Translations under genes and position numbers: made by a program
Virus record (IMG/VR): IMGVR_UViG_3300046787_000099
Coordinates: 1 to 64,000 of that record
Source of the DNA: a virus
Strand: one strand, 5' to 3'
DNA: 64,000 nt
Part shown: in pieces, positions 63,966 through 64,000 of the stretch
How positions within the stretch are numbered: position 1 is the stretch's first letter
Layout of the letters: the number at the start of each line of letters is the position of its first letter
Notes under the pieces: generated by a model
The model's input: the letters and a program-made list of their open reading frames with translations, nothing else
The model's database searches: none
Told to the model about the DNA's origin: nothing

Positions 63966-64000
63966 ATGTAGTTAAACTTTTTGAATTGGTTTTCGATATA

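Noticed and set aside
1-64000. Stop-codon reassignment as in some crAss-like phages
   Set aside because: Genes are full length and densely packed under the standard code; TAG and TGA serve as real stops (e.g. 26849, 12282)

Overview
This 64-kb window is the late/virion half of a crAss-like (Crassvirales-type) phage genome, probably from a Bacteroidota host. It uses the standard genetic code and is almost entirely minus-strand. From right to left it carries: a scaffold-like protein, the major capsid protein, ring/auxiliary-capsid/tail-hub-like genes, a metallophosphoesterase, an IHF/HU-like gene, a split muzzle/tail-stabilisation protein, cargo proteins, a 3945-aa virion RNA polymerase (DFDID motif), a 1478-aa PD-(D/E)xK-containing cargo protein, and a 1930-aa tail fibre built from proline-free Gly-Ser/Thr collagen-like blocks with an S74-like C-terminal chaperone. 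The only plus-strand block (8757-15002) is a five-gene glycosyltransferase cluster that includes an Aah/TibC-like protein O-glycosyltransferase. It lies beside the Ser/Thr-rich fibre module, and at least five other predicted virion proteins carry mucin-like poly-Thr tracts. The best candidate novel system is therefore phage-encoded O-glycosylation of the virion. A second candidate is a six-gene envelope cassette (823-5788) downstream of the lysis genes, with two CsgG-like paralogues, a cohesin/dockerin-like protein, a lipoprotein and a beta-barrel protein with a Ser-rich stalk. All family calls come from motif recognition and synteny by eye; no searches were run.
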